Positions 28,464 through 38,262 of a DNA stretch of 55,140 nucleotides are shown here, in pieces. The position numbers and the translations under genes were made by a program. How positions within the stretch are numbered: the first letter of the stretch is position 1; every line of letters begins with the position of its first letter. This DNA comes from Verrucomicrobiales bacterium (GTDB lineage: Bacteria; Verrucomicrobiota; Verrucomicrobiia; Verrucomicrobiales; V1-33), in the NCBI GenBank assembly GCA_043757865.1, contig JAYVOP010000254.1, positions 1-55,140 on the forward strand, given 5' to 3'. Below the pieces are notes generated by a model. That model saw only the letters and a list, made by a program, of their open reading frames with translations, made no database searches and was not told the DNA's origin.

Positions 28464-31064
28464 ATGGCCAAAACCCTGATCATCGCTGAAAAACCGTCCG
28501 TCATGAACGACCTTGCCCGCGTGCTGGGCAAGCTGCCGGGAATGTCCAAGTTTGAAAATAACAAGGAGTATCACGAGAACGACACCACGATCATTTCCAG
28601 TGCCGTCGGCCATTTGCTAGAGCTGACCATGCCCACCAGTGCAGACGGGAAGAAGCTCCAATGGAAATTCGACCACCTGCCGGTCCTGCCGCAGCAGTTC
28701 GACTTGCAGCCCATCGAGAAAGCCGAGGCCCGCCTGAAGCTCCTGAAGCGCCTGCTTAAGCGCGCAGACGTGACCGAAGTCATCAACGCGTGTGACGCCG
28801 GGCGGGAAGGTGAACTCATCTTCCGCTACATTTTACAAGACTCCGGCGTGAAGAAGCCCATCAAGCGCCTCTGGATGCAATCCATGACCGCCCAAGCCAT
28901 CACTACCGCCTACAGCCACCTGCGCAGCGAGGCCGAAATGCAGCCGCTAGCAGATGCCGCCGTCTGCCGCAGCGAAAGCGATTGGATTGTGGGCATCAAT
29001 GGCACCCGCGCCATGACGGCCTTTAATAGTCGCAATGGCGGCTTCTTAAAGACGACCGTGGGCCGCGTGCAGACGCCCACCCTAACAATCATGGTGGTGC
29101 GGGAAAAGGAGATCAGTGCCTTTGTGCCACGCGCATTCTGGGAGGTTGTGGGTGACTTTAAAATCAGCGCTGGAAACTACGCTGGGAAATGGTTCGACGA
29201 GAAATTCAAGAAGGGTGACGACGAGCACGCCAAGGCCGATCGCTTTTGGGACAAGGCGCAAGCGGCTGCCGTCAAGACCCGCTGCGAGGGCAAGCCGGGC
29301 GTCATTGAAGAACACAAAAAACCCGCGAAACAAGCCGTGCCGCTGCTCTACGATCTCACCAGCTTACAGCGGGAGGCCAGCAATCGCTTCGGATTCAGCG
29401 CGCGGCGGACCTTGCAGATTGCCCAAGGTTTATATGAAGCCCACAAGGTCCTAACCTACCCCAGAACGGATTCCCGCTACCTGCCAGAGGACTACGTGCC
29501 GACCGTGAAGGAAGTCATGAAGGGCTTCGCTGCGTTAGGGGATCACCTCACCGTCTCCGATGCCTTCCCGCATGATCTGCCGAAGTTTGCAGCACGGTCC
29601 CTCAAGGAAAACCTCATTTTCCCTAGCAAGCGCATCTTCGATAACGCCAAAGTCAGCGACCACTTTGCCATCACTCCCACGGGCGTGATTCCGAAAAATT
29701 TGAAGCCCGAGGAGCAGAAACTTTTCGACATGGTGACGCGACGTTTCATCGCAGTCTTCTATCCGCAGGCAGAATTTGAAGTCACCACCCGCATCACTCG
29801 GATTGAAAATGATGCGTTTAAAACCGAAGGAAAAGTGATGAAAATCCCCGGCTGGCTGGAAGTCTATGGCAAACTCGCCAGTGAGAACGACGACTCCATC
29901 GTCCCCGCCAAAGCGGGTGAAACCGCGCTGAATCAGAGCATCGAAGTCAACGAGAACATCACCAAAGCACCACCCCATTTCAACGAAGCCACACTCCTCG
30001 GAGCCATGGAAAACGCGGGGAAATTAGTCGATGACGAAGAGCTAGCCGAAGCCATGAGCGAACGCGGCCTCGGCACCCCCGCCACCCGCGCAGCCACCAT
30101 CGAAGGCTTGATCTACGAAGCCTACATCGTCCGTGATGGCAGAAATTTAGTCGCCACCAACAAGGCCATTTCCCTGATCGACCAGCTCACCGCCATCGGA
30201 GCGGACGGCCTCACCAGCCCGCAGATGACAGGTGAATGGGAGTTCAAACTCAAGCAAATGGAGCAAGGGAAACTGGACCGCAAAACCTTCATGAGCCAGA
30301 TCCGCGAGTATGCTAGCGACGTGGTGGCCAAGGCCAGAAAATACGCGGGCCAAGTCACGAACATGGACTATCCCGATCTCCCCGCGCCCTGTCCACAATG
30401 CCAAGCCCCTACGCTGCGCCAGACGGACAACGCCTTCAAATGCAAGCTCCCAGAGTGCGGCTGGTCCACCTACAAAACCATTGCCGGCCACGCCCTCACC
30501 ATGGACGAAGCCAAGCAACTGCTCACCACCCGCCTTGTCGGCCCCATCACCGGCTTCCGCAATCGCTTCGGCAAAGACTTTGATGCTGCCCTGCAACTGA
30601 CCGCCGAAAACAAAGTAGAATTCGTCTTTGAAAAAGGCGAGGGCGTCTCCAGCCCCGAGGAAGACCTCGCTGCGATCAAAGACCCCGCTAACATCCTTTG
30701 CGAATGCCCCGTCTGTGCGGTCAAGAAAACCAAAAACCACATTTACATGACGGACACCCACTACGTTTGCGAAGCTGTGGTGCGCGGAGAAAAGACCTGC
30801 AAACCCAAAGCCCGCCTCGCCAAAGAGTTTTGCCAACACCCCATCACCAAAGAACAAGCCCTCAAGTTCTTCCAAGGCGGCAGCACCGACGTCATCGAGA
30901 AGTTCATCAGCAAAAAAGGCCGCCCATTTTCCGCCAGCCTAGTCCTGCAAACCGAAGGCAAAGTCGTCTTCGAATGGAAATTCCCCCCTCGTGAACGCAA
31001 AGAGCCCGTGGCCAAAAAAGCCACTCCATTTGGCGCTAAGAAGAAGGCGGCTAAGCAGGCGTAG
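28464..31064 (+). CDS. topB: DNA topoisomerase III (type IA) with C-terminal Zn-ribbon/topo repeats
   Basis: IAEKPS, DAGREGE, GRVQTPT, TYPRTDS, GLGTPATRA, F.SK.G..F.A repeats. Confidence 0.93.
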   Translation: MAKTLIIAEKPSVMNDLARVLGKLPGMSKFENNKEYHENDTTIISSAVGHLLELTMPTSADGKKLQWKFDHLPVLPQQFDLQPIEKAEARLKLLKRLLKRADVTEVINACDAGREGELIFRYILQDSGVKKPIKRLWMQSMTAQAITTAYSHLRSEAEMQPLADAAVCRSESDWIVGINGTRAMTAFNSRNGGFLKTTVGRVQTPTLTIMVVREKEISAFVPRAFWEVVGDFKISAGNYAGKWFDEKFKKGDDEHAKADRFWDKAQAAAVKTRCEGKPGVIEEHKKPAKQAVPLLYDLTSLQREASNRFGFSARRTLQIAQGLYEAHKVLTYPRTDSRYLPEDYVPTVKEVMKGFAALGDHLTVSDAFPHDLPKFAARSLKENLIFPSKRIFDNAKVSDHFAITPTGVIPKNLKPEEQKLFDMVTRRFIAVFYPQAEFEVTTRITRIENDAFKTEGKVMKIPGWLEVYGKLASENDDSIVPAKAGETALNQSIEVNENITKAPPHFNEATLLGAMENAGKLVDDEELAEAMSERGLGTPATRAATIEGLIYEAYIVRDGRNLVATNKAISLIDQLTAIGADGLTSPQMTGEWEFKLKQMEQGKLDRKTFMSQIREYASDVVAKARKYAGQVTNMDYPDLPAPCPQCQAPTLRQTDNAFKCKLPECGWSTYKTIAGHALTMDEAKQLLTTRLVGPITGFRNRFGKDFDAALQLTAENKVEFVFEKGEGVSSPEEDLAAIKDPANILCECPVCAVKKTKNHIYMTDTHYVCEAVVRGEKTCKPKARLAKEFCQHPITKEQALKFFQGGSTDVIEKFISKKGRPFSASLVLQTEGKVVFEWKFPPRERKEPVAKKATPFGAKKKAAKQA

Positions 31065-31265
31065 CAAATTTTTTACACCTCAGAGGAGAAAATGCCCCAG
31101 AGTTTTAATTTTTTGAGCCCTCTGTGGCTTCCCGTCTCTGGGATGTAAAAGCTCTGGCGTTGGCGGAAATCATGGGTTGAGGTCATTCTGCTTCCGGTAA
31201 AGATTAAGCTAGGCAGCCCCCACCTTCCGGGTTTACTTAGTTCTGGAGAGGTGTAGGATGCGTGG

Positions 31266-31931
31266 ATGAATTCTCGCTTTATTTCCCTGTTAGTAGCAAT
31301 GTGTGCTTGGTGTAGCTGCAAGTCCGTCCGGCATGTGAAGAACGATGCCCTGGAACAGACGCGGATTGGTGGATCGGACATGATGGAGAGTAAATTCCAA
31401 GCGAAGCCAGAGGATGCCTCGTGGTTCTCCACGGCGGGGGATGAAGATGGCAAGACGGCCTCCAAGCAGGGCAAACATGAGGCGGAAAAGAAGCGATCCA
31501 TGTTTGAAAAGGTCGTCTCTGAGAACCGCAGTAAGGTGGATGCCCACGGGCCTAGCCAATGGGATAAGCGCGCGAATTACGAGAAGGAATGGTCTGGCAG
31601 TAAAGAAAAAAAGACCTTCACGTGGCCATGGCAGAAAGGAGACGTGAAGAAGCAGGAAAGCCTGCTGGCCAAGGATTATGCGGGGCTCAAGAAGGATCAG
31701 CCGCAGGGTGAAAAGGTGGCTAGGGAGGACGCAGATACTTTTAACGGCAACAGTAAAATGTATGCCACCACGGACTACCAGACGCGTCGCCCGGACATCA
31801 CGAAGAAGGAAGAATGGATGACGGAGAAGGCGGATGCGCACCACCAACCGAAGATCATTGAGGACCGGAGTAAGCCGAAGGATGATGAGTGGAGTATCTC
31901 CGACATCCGCACGATCCTGGGCAAACACTAA
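31266..31931 (+). CDS. Hypothetical lipoprotein, highly charged
   Basis: Signal with CSC lipobox; hydrophilic remainder; probably co-transcribed with the SulP gene. Confidence 0.65.
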   Translation: MNSRFISLLVAMCAWCSCKSVRHVKNDALEQTRIGGSDMMESKFQAKPEDASWFSTAGDEDGKTASKQGKHEAEKKRSMFEKVVSENRSKVDAHGPSQWDKRANYEKEWSGSKEKKTFTWPWQKGDVKKQESLLAKDYAGLKKDQPQGEKVAREDADTFNGNSKMYATTDYQTRRPDITKKEEWMTEKADAHHQPKIIEDRSKPKDDEWSISDIRTILGKH

Positions 31932-31936
31932 CTCGT

Positions 31937-33769
31937 ATGCGCAGTTTCCGCTTTGGCCTCCAGACCCTGCGCTCGTGGGGACGGTTCCTCACGGAGAATC
32001 CGCTGGAACTGTTTCCCCTGCGGAAATCCTTACGGAGTTATAACATACGAAAGTTGAAAGCGGACGTGCTGGCGGGCACGAACGTGGCCATGCTCGCGAT
32101 CCCCCAGAGCATGGCTTTCGCGATGATTGCGGGGCTGGATAATGTGGCCTATGGCATCACCTGCACGGCGGTGGGCTGCCTGTTAGGGGGTTGGCTTTCC
32201 AGCTCCCGGCTCACGAGTCTAGGCCCGACGAATGCCACTGCGCTGATGATCTACAGCGCGCTGGCGGGCACGGGCGTGGCGGTCGCGGAGCGCGGGGTGC
32301 TGCTGCCGGTGCTGGTGTTTCTAGCCGGATTACTCTTAGTGCTAGGAGCCTACCTGCGCATGGCGGATATGATCCAATACATCAGCCGCAGCGTGGTGGT
32401 GGGCTACGTCACGGGCGCGGGCGGCCTCATCATGGCGGGGCAACTCCGGGAGACGTTAGGCATCCCGCCCCCACAGTTAGGCGCGGGGCCACAATCGCGC
32501 AGTCTGGTGAGTGTGTTGAGCGATGCGCTGGGCCATTTAAATGAGATCCACTGGGTGACGGTGCTGGTGAGTGTGGGGACGTTGCTCATTTACCTTGCCT
32601 TAAAACGCTGGGCGCGGAAATGGCCGTGTTTTGCCATCGCGCTGGTGAGCGTAAGTGCGGGAGCGGCTTGGCTGCGGCATCTGGGCGTGCCCGTGGAGTT
32701 GGCGAGGTTGTCCGGCTTTGCCCAGGGCCACGTGCTGCCAGTGCTGCCGGACTTTCGGGACGCGAGCACGTTCGGCCACATGGGAGTGTTGCTGGCGCCC
32801 GCTCTCGCAGTGGCATTTCTGGCCGCCTTAGAGCAGTCCGTGATGGCCAAGACCCTGGCCAGCCGCACGGGCGAGCGGCCAGACCTGAATCAAGACCTGC
32901 TCAGTGTGGGCGTGGCTAATCTAGGTGCGGCCATGGTCGGGCAGTTGCCCGTGTCCGGCAGTCTCACGCGCTCGGCTTTTAATTATGAAAGCGGAGCCCT
33001 TACCCAAGTGGCTAGCCTCGTGACGGGTGTCATTTGCTTGCTGGGGCTCTGGTGGCTGGGCGGAGCAGTCGGCTACATCCCCAAGTGTGCCCTCGCAGTG
33101 CTCATCATGGCGGTCAGTGTGAGCTTATTTAATCGACGAAATTTGAAAATCTGCTGGCGGGCAACACGGGCGGATTCGGTGACGTTAGCGGTCACGTTAG
33201 GGGCCACGTTACTGCTGCCGCTGCACGTAGCCATCTTCCTGGGCGTGGCCACTTCCGTGGTGCTCTATTTACGCCAAGCCGCGCGTCCCTCACTGGTGGA
33301 ATATACCTTTAACAACGATGGCGATCTAACGGAGAAAGGGGACACCGCCCCGCGCGTCTTCCCGCAGATCTCCATCGTGCATGTGGAGGGGGAGCTGTTT
33401 TTTGGCGCGGCGGAACTCTTCCGTACGCAGATCCAACGCACCGTGGTGGACCCCAATCTGCGCGTCATCATCCTGCGCATGAAGAACGCCCGCCATCTGG
33501 ATGCCACCAGCGTCATGGCCCTGGAAGAGCTGGTGCATTTCCTGCGGGACAAGCAGCGGCACCTCATCATTAGCGGGGCTATGAAGGGCGTCTATCAGGT
33601 GCTGAAAAACGCAGACATGATCGACGTGATTGGCCGGGAAAATGTCTTCCTGGGCAGCGCACAGAATCCAAACCTGAGCACACGTAACGCCTTAAAACGC
33701 GCGCAATTTCTCCTCGGTACCAAGGAGGCGGAGGTGAAAATTTACTTTGATCCTAGCATCAAGTCTTAG
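31937..33769 (+). CDS. SulP/SLC26-family anion transporter with STAS domain
   Basis: AIPQSMAFAMIAG, GPTNA, NQDL...ANL, SGSLTRS, GELFFG, DATS. Confidence 0.94.
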   Translation: MRSFRFGLQTLRSWGRFLTENPLELFPLRKSLRSYNIRKLKADVLAGTNVAMLAIPQSMAFAMIAGLDNVAYGITCTAVGCLLGGWLSSSRLTSLGPTNATALMIYSALAGTGVAVAERGVLLPVLVFLAGLLLVLGAYLRMADMIQYISRSVVVGYVTGAGGLIMAGQLRETLGIPPPQLGAGPQSRSLVSVLSDALGHLNEIHWVTVLVSVGTLLIYLALKRWARKWPCFAIALVSVSAGAAWLRHLGVPVELARLSGFAQGHVLPVLPDFRDASTFGHMGVLLAPALAVAFLAALEQSVMAKTLASRTGERPDLNQDLLSVGVANLGAAMVGQLPVSGSLTRSAFNYESGALTQVASLVTGVICLLGLWWLGGAVGYIPKCALAVLIMAVSVSLFNRRNLKICWRATRADSVTLAVTLGATLLLPLHVAIFLGVATSVVLYLRQAARPSLVEYTFNNDGDLTEKGDTAPRVFPQISIVHVEGELFFGAAELFRTQIQRTVVDPNLRVIILRMKNARHLDATSVMALEELVHFLRDKQRHLIISGAMKGVYQVLKNADMIDVIGRENVFLGSAQNPNLSTRNALKRAQFLLGTKEAEVKIYFDPSIKS

Positions 33770-34692
33770 GCCAGCTCCGCCACCGCCCGATCCAGCGAGG
33801 CCATGTCAGCGATGCTCAGCACCTTCGTGCCTTTGGCGATGCGCCCGAGCATTCCCGCGAGTTGCCCGCCGGGGCCTAACTCAAGAAAGAAATCATGCCC
33901 TCCTGCCAGCAATGCGGCCATACTCTGCGCCCAGCGGACGGAGCCGGTGACTTGATTTTCCAGCGTGTGGCGAATCTCTGTGGCGGTGGCCACGGGCGCA
34001 GCCGTGAGGTTAGCGATGACTGGAAACCGGGGCGTTCCTAACGTGGTGGACGCCAATTCCACGGCCAATTTTTCCTGCGCGCTCCGCATGAGCCGCGAAT
34101 GATAGGCCCCGGCCACGGGCAGCTCCTTGCCCCGCAGGCCACGTTCCTTGGCCAGCCCAGCTGCCTGCTGGATGTTTTCCTTGGCCCCGCTGAGGACGAT
34201 CTGTCCGGGCGTGTTAAAGTTGGCTAGATCGACATCGCAATCCGCCGCCAGTTGGCGCACCGCTGCCTCTTCTCCGCCCAACATCGCTAACATGGAACCT
34301 TGCGTCGCCAGACACGCCTCCTCCATGAAAAGCCCCCGCCGCGCCACCAACTTCAACCCCGTGGCGAAGTCATACGTGCCCGCCGCCGCATGGGCGGTAA
34401 ATTCTCCTAACGACAGCCCTGCCGCCGCACTGATCTCCAGATCCGGCACCCGCTCTAGCAGTAGCCGCAGCACCGCCACGCCATGGGTATAGAGCGCGGG
34501 TTGGCAGCGGGAAGTCCGCGTTAATTCCTCCATCGGCCCATGCAACATCGTCTGCGCCAGCGGCATTCCTAACAGCGTATCCGCCTCCGCAAACAACGCC
34601 TGCACCCCAGCACTCTGCGCGGCTAGATCCGCGCCCATGCCCACCACTTGGGCTCCTTGCCCCGCAAATAATAATACGACTTTTTTACTCAT
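33766..34692 (-). CDS. fabD: Malonyl-CoA-ACP transacylase
   Basis: FAGQGAQ, GLSLGE, N.PGQ, GAYHS, ELGPG. Confidence 0.95.
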   Translation of the reverse strand: MSKKVVLLFAGQGAQVVGMGADLAAQSAGVQALFAEADTLLGMPLAQTMLHGPMEELTRTSRCQPALYTHGVAVLRLLLERVPDLEISAAAGLSLGEFTAHAAAGTYDFATGLKLVARRGLFMEEACLATQGSMLAMLGGEEAAVRQLAADCDVDLANFNTPGQIVLSGAKENIQQAAGLAKERGLRGKELPVAGAYHSRLMRSAQEKLAVELASTTLGTPRFPVIANLTAAPVATATEIRHTLENQVTGSVRWAQSMAALLAGGHDFFLELGPGGQLAGMLGRIAKGTKVLSIADMASLDRAVAELA

Positions 34693-34755
34693 AGGCCGCC
34701 CAGCATGTCGGGGAAGCCCAGTGAGGCAAATGGGAAATCTGTGCCTCGTCAGGCT

Positions 34756-36138
34756 TCATTTCTCGGGCTTAGGACTGACTGGTGGCGGGGCCGCAGGGGC
34801 AGGGGCAGGCACGGGCACGGGCTTATTCAAGCGGTCTTCCCACGCCGTTAGAGTATAGCCGGAGTTCACGCCGCCTAGTTTCGCCAGTAAGGCTTGGCAT
34901 TGCTCCGTCCATTTGGCGAGGTTCGGTTGGCGTGCGGGTTTGTCTGCGCTGTTAGGAAAGATCAGATAGGAAATTTTAAGATCGTCCACGGGTCGCGCGT
35001 TGGAGGTGGCCTTGGGATTGAGTTCCTTGGCAATGCGCAGGCTGGCCTCGCCCATTTTTTCACGCGGGCCATAGTCGCCAATGATGGCGGGCAACAGCTT
35101 ATCTTGATAAATCACCACCACATAATCACCCAGCCCCGGAGCGTAGGCGTTGAAGCCTTGATAGGATTTCATGGAAAGGGGAATGACGATAAACGGATCT
35201 TCGGACGCGATCAGATAGCTCTTGGACTTCATTTCCGCCACCGTGCGGGCCAGTGATTCTGCTCGCGCCTTATCGGCTTTGCTGCCGCCTTTCGCTTTCT
35301 CTTTGGCTTCGGCTAGGTGCGTTTCCGTGCGGGCGAGAAGTGGGTTCGGCGTCTTGGTTTGTTTCGGCCAGGAATAGCTGGTGGTGGCTTGGAAGAAGGC
35401 GCTTTTGATGATGGCTTCATCCAGCGTGGGTTGGCGATCCCCGTCTGCACCATCACTCACCACGTCCATTTCTCCTTGGATCAGCAGTGCTTTTTGCTTC
35501 GTCTGCGGATGCTCTAGCTCGAGCACCGTTTCCAGATCGTAATAGTTATAACGGGAAAGGATTTTATCCAGCCGGGTGATGTCCATTTGAATGTCTTTTT
35601 GCTTCACTTCATAGAGATAGTGGAAAAAACCACTGACCTTGGCCGTCTGCATGAGCAGGGGAAAGGCAGTTAGGGCCTTGGGTAAATGTGGGTTCAGCGC
35701 AGTCATGTCGTCCAGTGTGGCGGCGGGCTTGGGCGCGCGCAGGGTGACTTGGAAGGAGACGGTGTAGCTGTCTGCGCTGGTGCGTTCTTTGGAGGCAAAA
35801 TCTCCCGGCACGGTCTCAATGTTATTTTGCAGGCGCAGGCCATTGAAGAGTTCGGCTAGGTTAATGAGCTTGTTCGGGACAAACTTATCTGGCAGCGGCG
35901 GCGGAGGCGCAGGCACTTCCACGCGTTTCTCCACGATGCGCTCTGTGACCACGGGCGGCGGACTGAAGGTCTCCTGGAGTTGGCGTTTAAAAAATGGGGT
36001 AAAAGGGAGCGCCACTAACGCCAGGATCAAGCACGCCAGAGCGATCTTGCCCCCGCCACCAGACTGTGGCGAGCGGGGGGAGCGCTGCCACCCAGGCGGG
36101 CGAGCCTGGGGCGTAGCGAAACGCTCGTCGAAGTCCAT
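34756..36138 (-). CDS. Membrane-anchored glycoside hydrolase family 75 (chitosanase-like) protein
   Basis: N-terminal TM; MDVVSDG, PFIVIP, GDYVVV, GDYGP...GEAS. Confidence 0.75.
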   Translation of the reverse strand: MDFDERFATPQARPPGWQRSPRSPQSGGGGKIALACLILALVALPFTPFFKRQLQETFSPPPVVTERIVEKRVEVPAPPPPLPDKFVPNKLINLAELFNGLRLQNNIETVPGDFASKERTSADSYTVSFQVTLRAPKPAATLDDMTALNPHLPKALTAFPLLMQTAKVSGFFHYLYEVKQKDIQMDITRLDKILSRYNYYDLETVLELEHPQTKQKALLIQGEMDVVSDGADGDRQPTLDEAIIKSAFFQATTSYSWPKQTKTPNPLLARTETHLAEAKEKAKGGSKADKARAESLARTVAEMKSKSYLIASEDPFIVIPLSMKSYQGFNAYAPGLGDYVVVIYQDKLLPAIIGDYGPREKMGEASLRIAKELNPKATSNARPVDDLKISYLIFPNSADKPARQPNLAKWTEQCQALLAKLGGVNSGYTLTAWEDRLNKPVPVPAPAPAAPPPVSPKPEK

Positions 36139-36142
36139 GAGC

Positions 36143-36451
36143 TTAACGTAGTGCGAGCACGCCTAACACGCTACCGACGATCGCCAGCCCGGCCATGATG
36201 CCAGCGGGGTAGAGTTGCTTCCGTTTCAAGGCCACGGGGAGAAAACGCCCGAGCAGCAGCACGCAGACCCCCAGCGCTAACCACACACCGGCGCGTTGTC
36301 CCTGGCCTTGCAGATACCAGCCTAACAGCAGCAGTCCGCCAGAGATGGCCCCTGCGATGAGTGAGGCCTTACTCTTGCCCCGCACCATGCCGAGGATGCC
36401 GAGGACGATGCTAACGAGACCGAAGATGAGGGAGAATTCTGTAAAGTTCAT
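36143..36451 (-). CDS. TMEM14-family small membrane protein
   Basis: GILGMVRGKSKASLIAG and PAGIMA motifs; start MNFTEF. Confidence 0.85.
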   Translation of the reverse strand: MNFTEFSLIFGLVSIVLGILGMVRGKSKASLIAGAISGGLLLLGWYLQGQGQRAGVWLALGVCVLLLGRFLPVALKRKQLYPAGIMAGLAIVGSVLGVLALR

Positions 36452-36522
36452 AAAGTGCCCGCACGCTGCATGGCCGCCCGAACCTTGGCAAATGCCTTCA
36501 CAACAAAAAAAACCGACGCACC

Positions 36523-37479
36523 TCAGTGTTCCAGTTTGGCTAGGCCCATGCCACTGAGCCAACGCTGGAAGCGGGGTAGCCACTCGCGGGCCACATCCCC
36601 ATGGTCCGGCAGGGTGCCGTAACCGTGGCCGCCTTGTTCCCAGATATGCAGCTCGCCCTTTACGCCTTGGGCCTGCATGGCGAGGTAGAATTCGATACTA
36701 TTCCGGCAGGGCACGCCTTTGTCATCGCTAGTGCTAACGAGGAAAGTGGGCGGAGTCTCGGGGGTGACGTGGCGGTTGGTGGTGATGAGATCGAGCACGG
36801 CGGGATCAGGGTCTTTGCCGAGCAAATTTCTCATAGAACCAGCGTGGCCGTAGGGCTCGGCCATGGCGATGACTGGATAGATGAGGCCCGCAAAGTTAGC
36901 CGTGTGCGCCATTTTCTGAAATTCTGCATCGTCTTCGCCCGCGAGTTTGGTTTTAGCTAGGGTTGCGATGCATGAGGCGAGGTGGCCGCCGGCACTGAAG
37001 CCCATGACGCCGATCTTCTGGGGGTCGAGATGCCATTCGCTTGCATGTTGACGGGTGAGGCGCAGCGCCTGGCGGGCATCCAGTAAGGGCAGTGGCCACG
37101 GGTAGAGACCCGGGTGTTTAGAAGAGACGCGGTATTTACAAACGATGCCAGCCACGCCCACGGTGGTGAGCGCCTGGGCGATGTCGTTGCCTTCATGGTC
37201 GATGGCCAGGATACCGTAGCCGCCGCCCGGGCAGATGACCACGGCAGCCCCGGTGGCCGTTTCTGGGCTAGGAAGAAAGACGCGCATGTCCGGCATCTGC
37301 ACGTGATCGATGCGGGTGATCGGATCGCCTGTCTTACGATAGGTGTTCTCTGGCTCTGCGCTTAGCGGCACGCCGCCTGCCGGGGCTCCGGTGTAAAGTG
37401 GGAGGTCGATGGGTGGCTGCGCGGACAGGGGGAGCATGAGGGCGAGGAAGAGGAGAGAGAATTTCATAAAGGGGCTCAT
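36523..37479 (-). CDS. Alpha/beta hydrolase (carbohydrate esterase-like), secreted
   Basis: CPGGGY, GFSAGGHLA, DD..V, GGHG. Confidence 0.9.
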   Translation of the reverse strand: MSPFMKFSLLFLALMLPLSAQPPIDLPLYTGAPAGGVPLSAEPENTYRKTGDPITRIDHVQMPDMRVFLPSPETATGAAVVICPGGGYGILAIDHEGNDIAQALTTVGVAGIVCKYRVSSKHPGLYPWPLPLLDARQALRLTRQHASEWHLDPQKIGVMGFSAGGHLASCIATLAKTKLAGEDDAEFQKMAHTANFAGLIYPVIAMAEPYGHAGSMRNLLGKDPDPAVLDLITTNRHVTPETPPTFLVSTSDDKGVPCRNSIEFYLAMQAQGVKGELHIWEQGGHGYGTLPDHGDVAREWLPRFQRWLSGMGLAKLEH

Positions 37480-37592
37480 TGTGCGAGGAGGGTGGGGATG
37501 GCAAATGCGGGTGTGCGGATTGCGGCCATTAGCTCACGTGCTACTGAAACCTTTGTGGTTGATGAAACGGAATTAAATCCTAAGAATGCGCT

Positions 37593-37826
37593 ATGATCGC
37601 AACCCTAGATTCCTTCACTGCCGATGGACGTGTCGTCTTATCCTTTCCAGAGTCCGCGCTACAGGCAGTAGCGCGCGAGGACTTCATCGCCTTTACCAAA
37701 CGAGAGTGGCTGGCGCGGCAAAGCCATCTCACCGAAACTGAGGCCACTAGCATCGCCCATGATATTGACTCCGGTTGGTGGGATCGCAATCGTAAGCGCA
37801 TCCTCAAGAGCATTGGTGAGCGATGA
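37593..37826 (+). CDS. Putative antitoxin
   Basis: 77-aa ORF with an ATGA overlap to a PIN gene. Confidence 0.65.
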   Translation: MIATLDSFTADGRVVLSFPESALQAVAREDFIAFTKREWLARQSHLTETEATSIAHDIDSGWWDRNRKRILKSIGER

Positions 37827-38236
37827 ATGAGCGTGTGGTGGTGGACTCTAATTTTATTTTCTCCGAGTTGATCGCCACGAACTATCGACTTCGGAAGGCC
37901 TTCGACTCGTCGCCAGCGACTGAGTTCTTCTGCCCCAAATATGTCATGTTAGAGCTATTCAAGCACAAGGAGCGCATTGTCGCAGCCACTGGCCTTGATG
38001 AAGTAAGTTTGCTAGGGTTGCTCCATACCCTGTTGGAGCGCATCCGCTTCTACGACGAGGATGCCATCAGCATCGGCAGTTGGACCGAGGCTTGGCGTCT
38101 CTGCCGAGGCGTGGACGAGAACGATGTGGCTTATGTTGCTCTAACCCTTTAACTACAAGGGCAACTATGGACTAGCGACCGCGCTTTGGAAATCGGCCTG
38201 CGCAAGAAAGAGTTCACCAGATTTTATCGCCCATGA
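37823..38236 (+). pseudogene. PIN-domain toxin interrupted by an in-frame TAA at 38150-38152
   Basis: VVVDSNFIFS...VDENDVAYVALTL*LQGQLWTSDRALEIGLRKKEFTRFYRP*; the PIN C-terminal LWTxD motif lies after the stop. Confidence 0.85.
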
Positions 38237-38262
38237 ATCGCTGCCACAGCAGACGCCCCAGC

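Noticed and set aside
38150-38152. Stop-codon recoding of the PIN gene
   Set aside because: The codon is TAA, used as a normal stop throughout the window; a nonsense mutation or sequencing error is simpler
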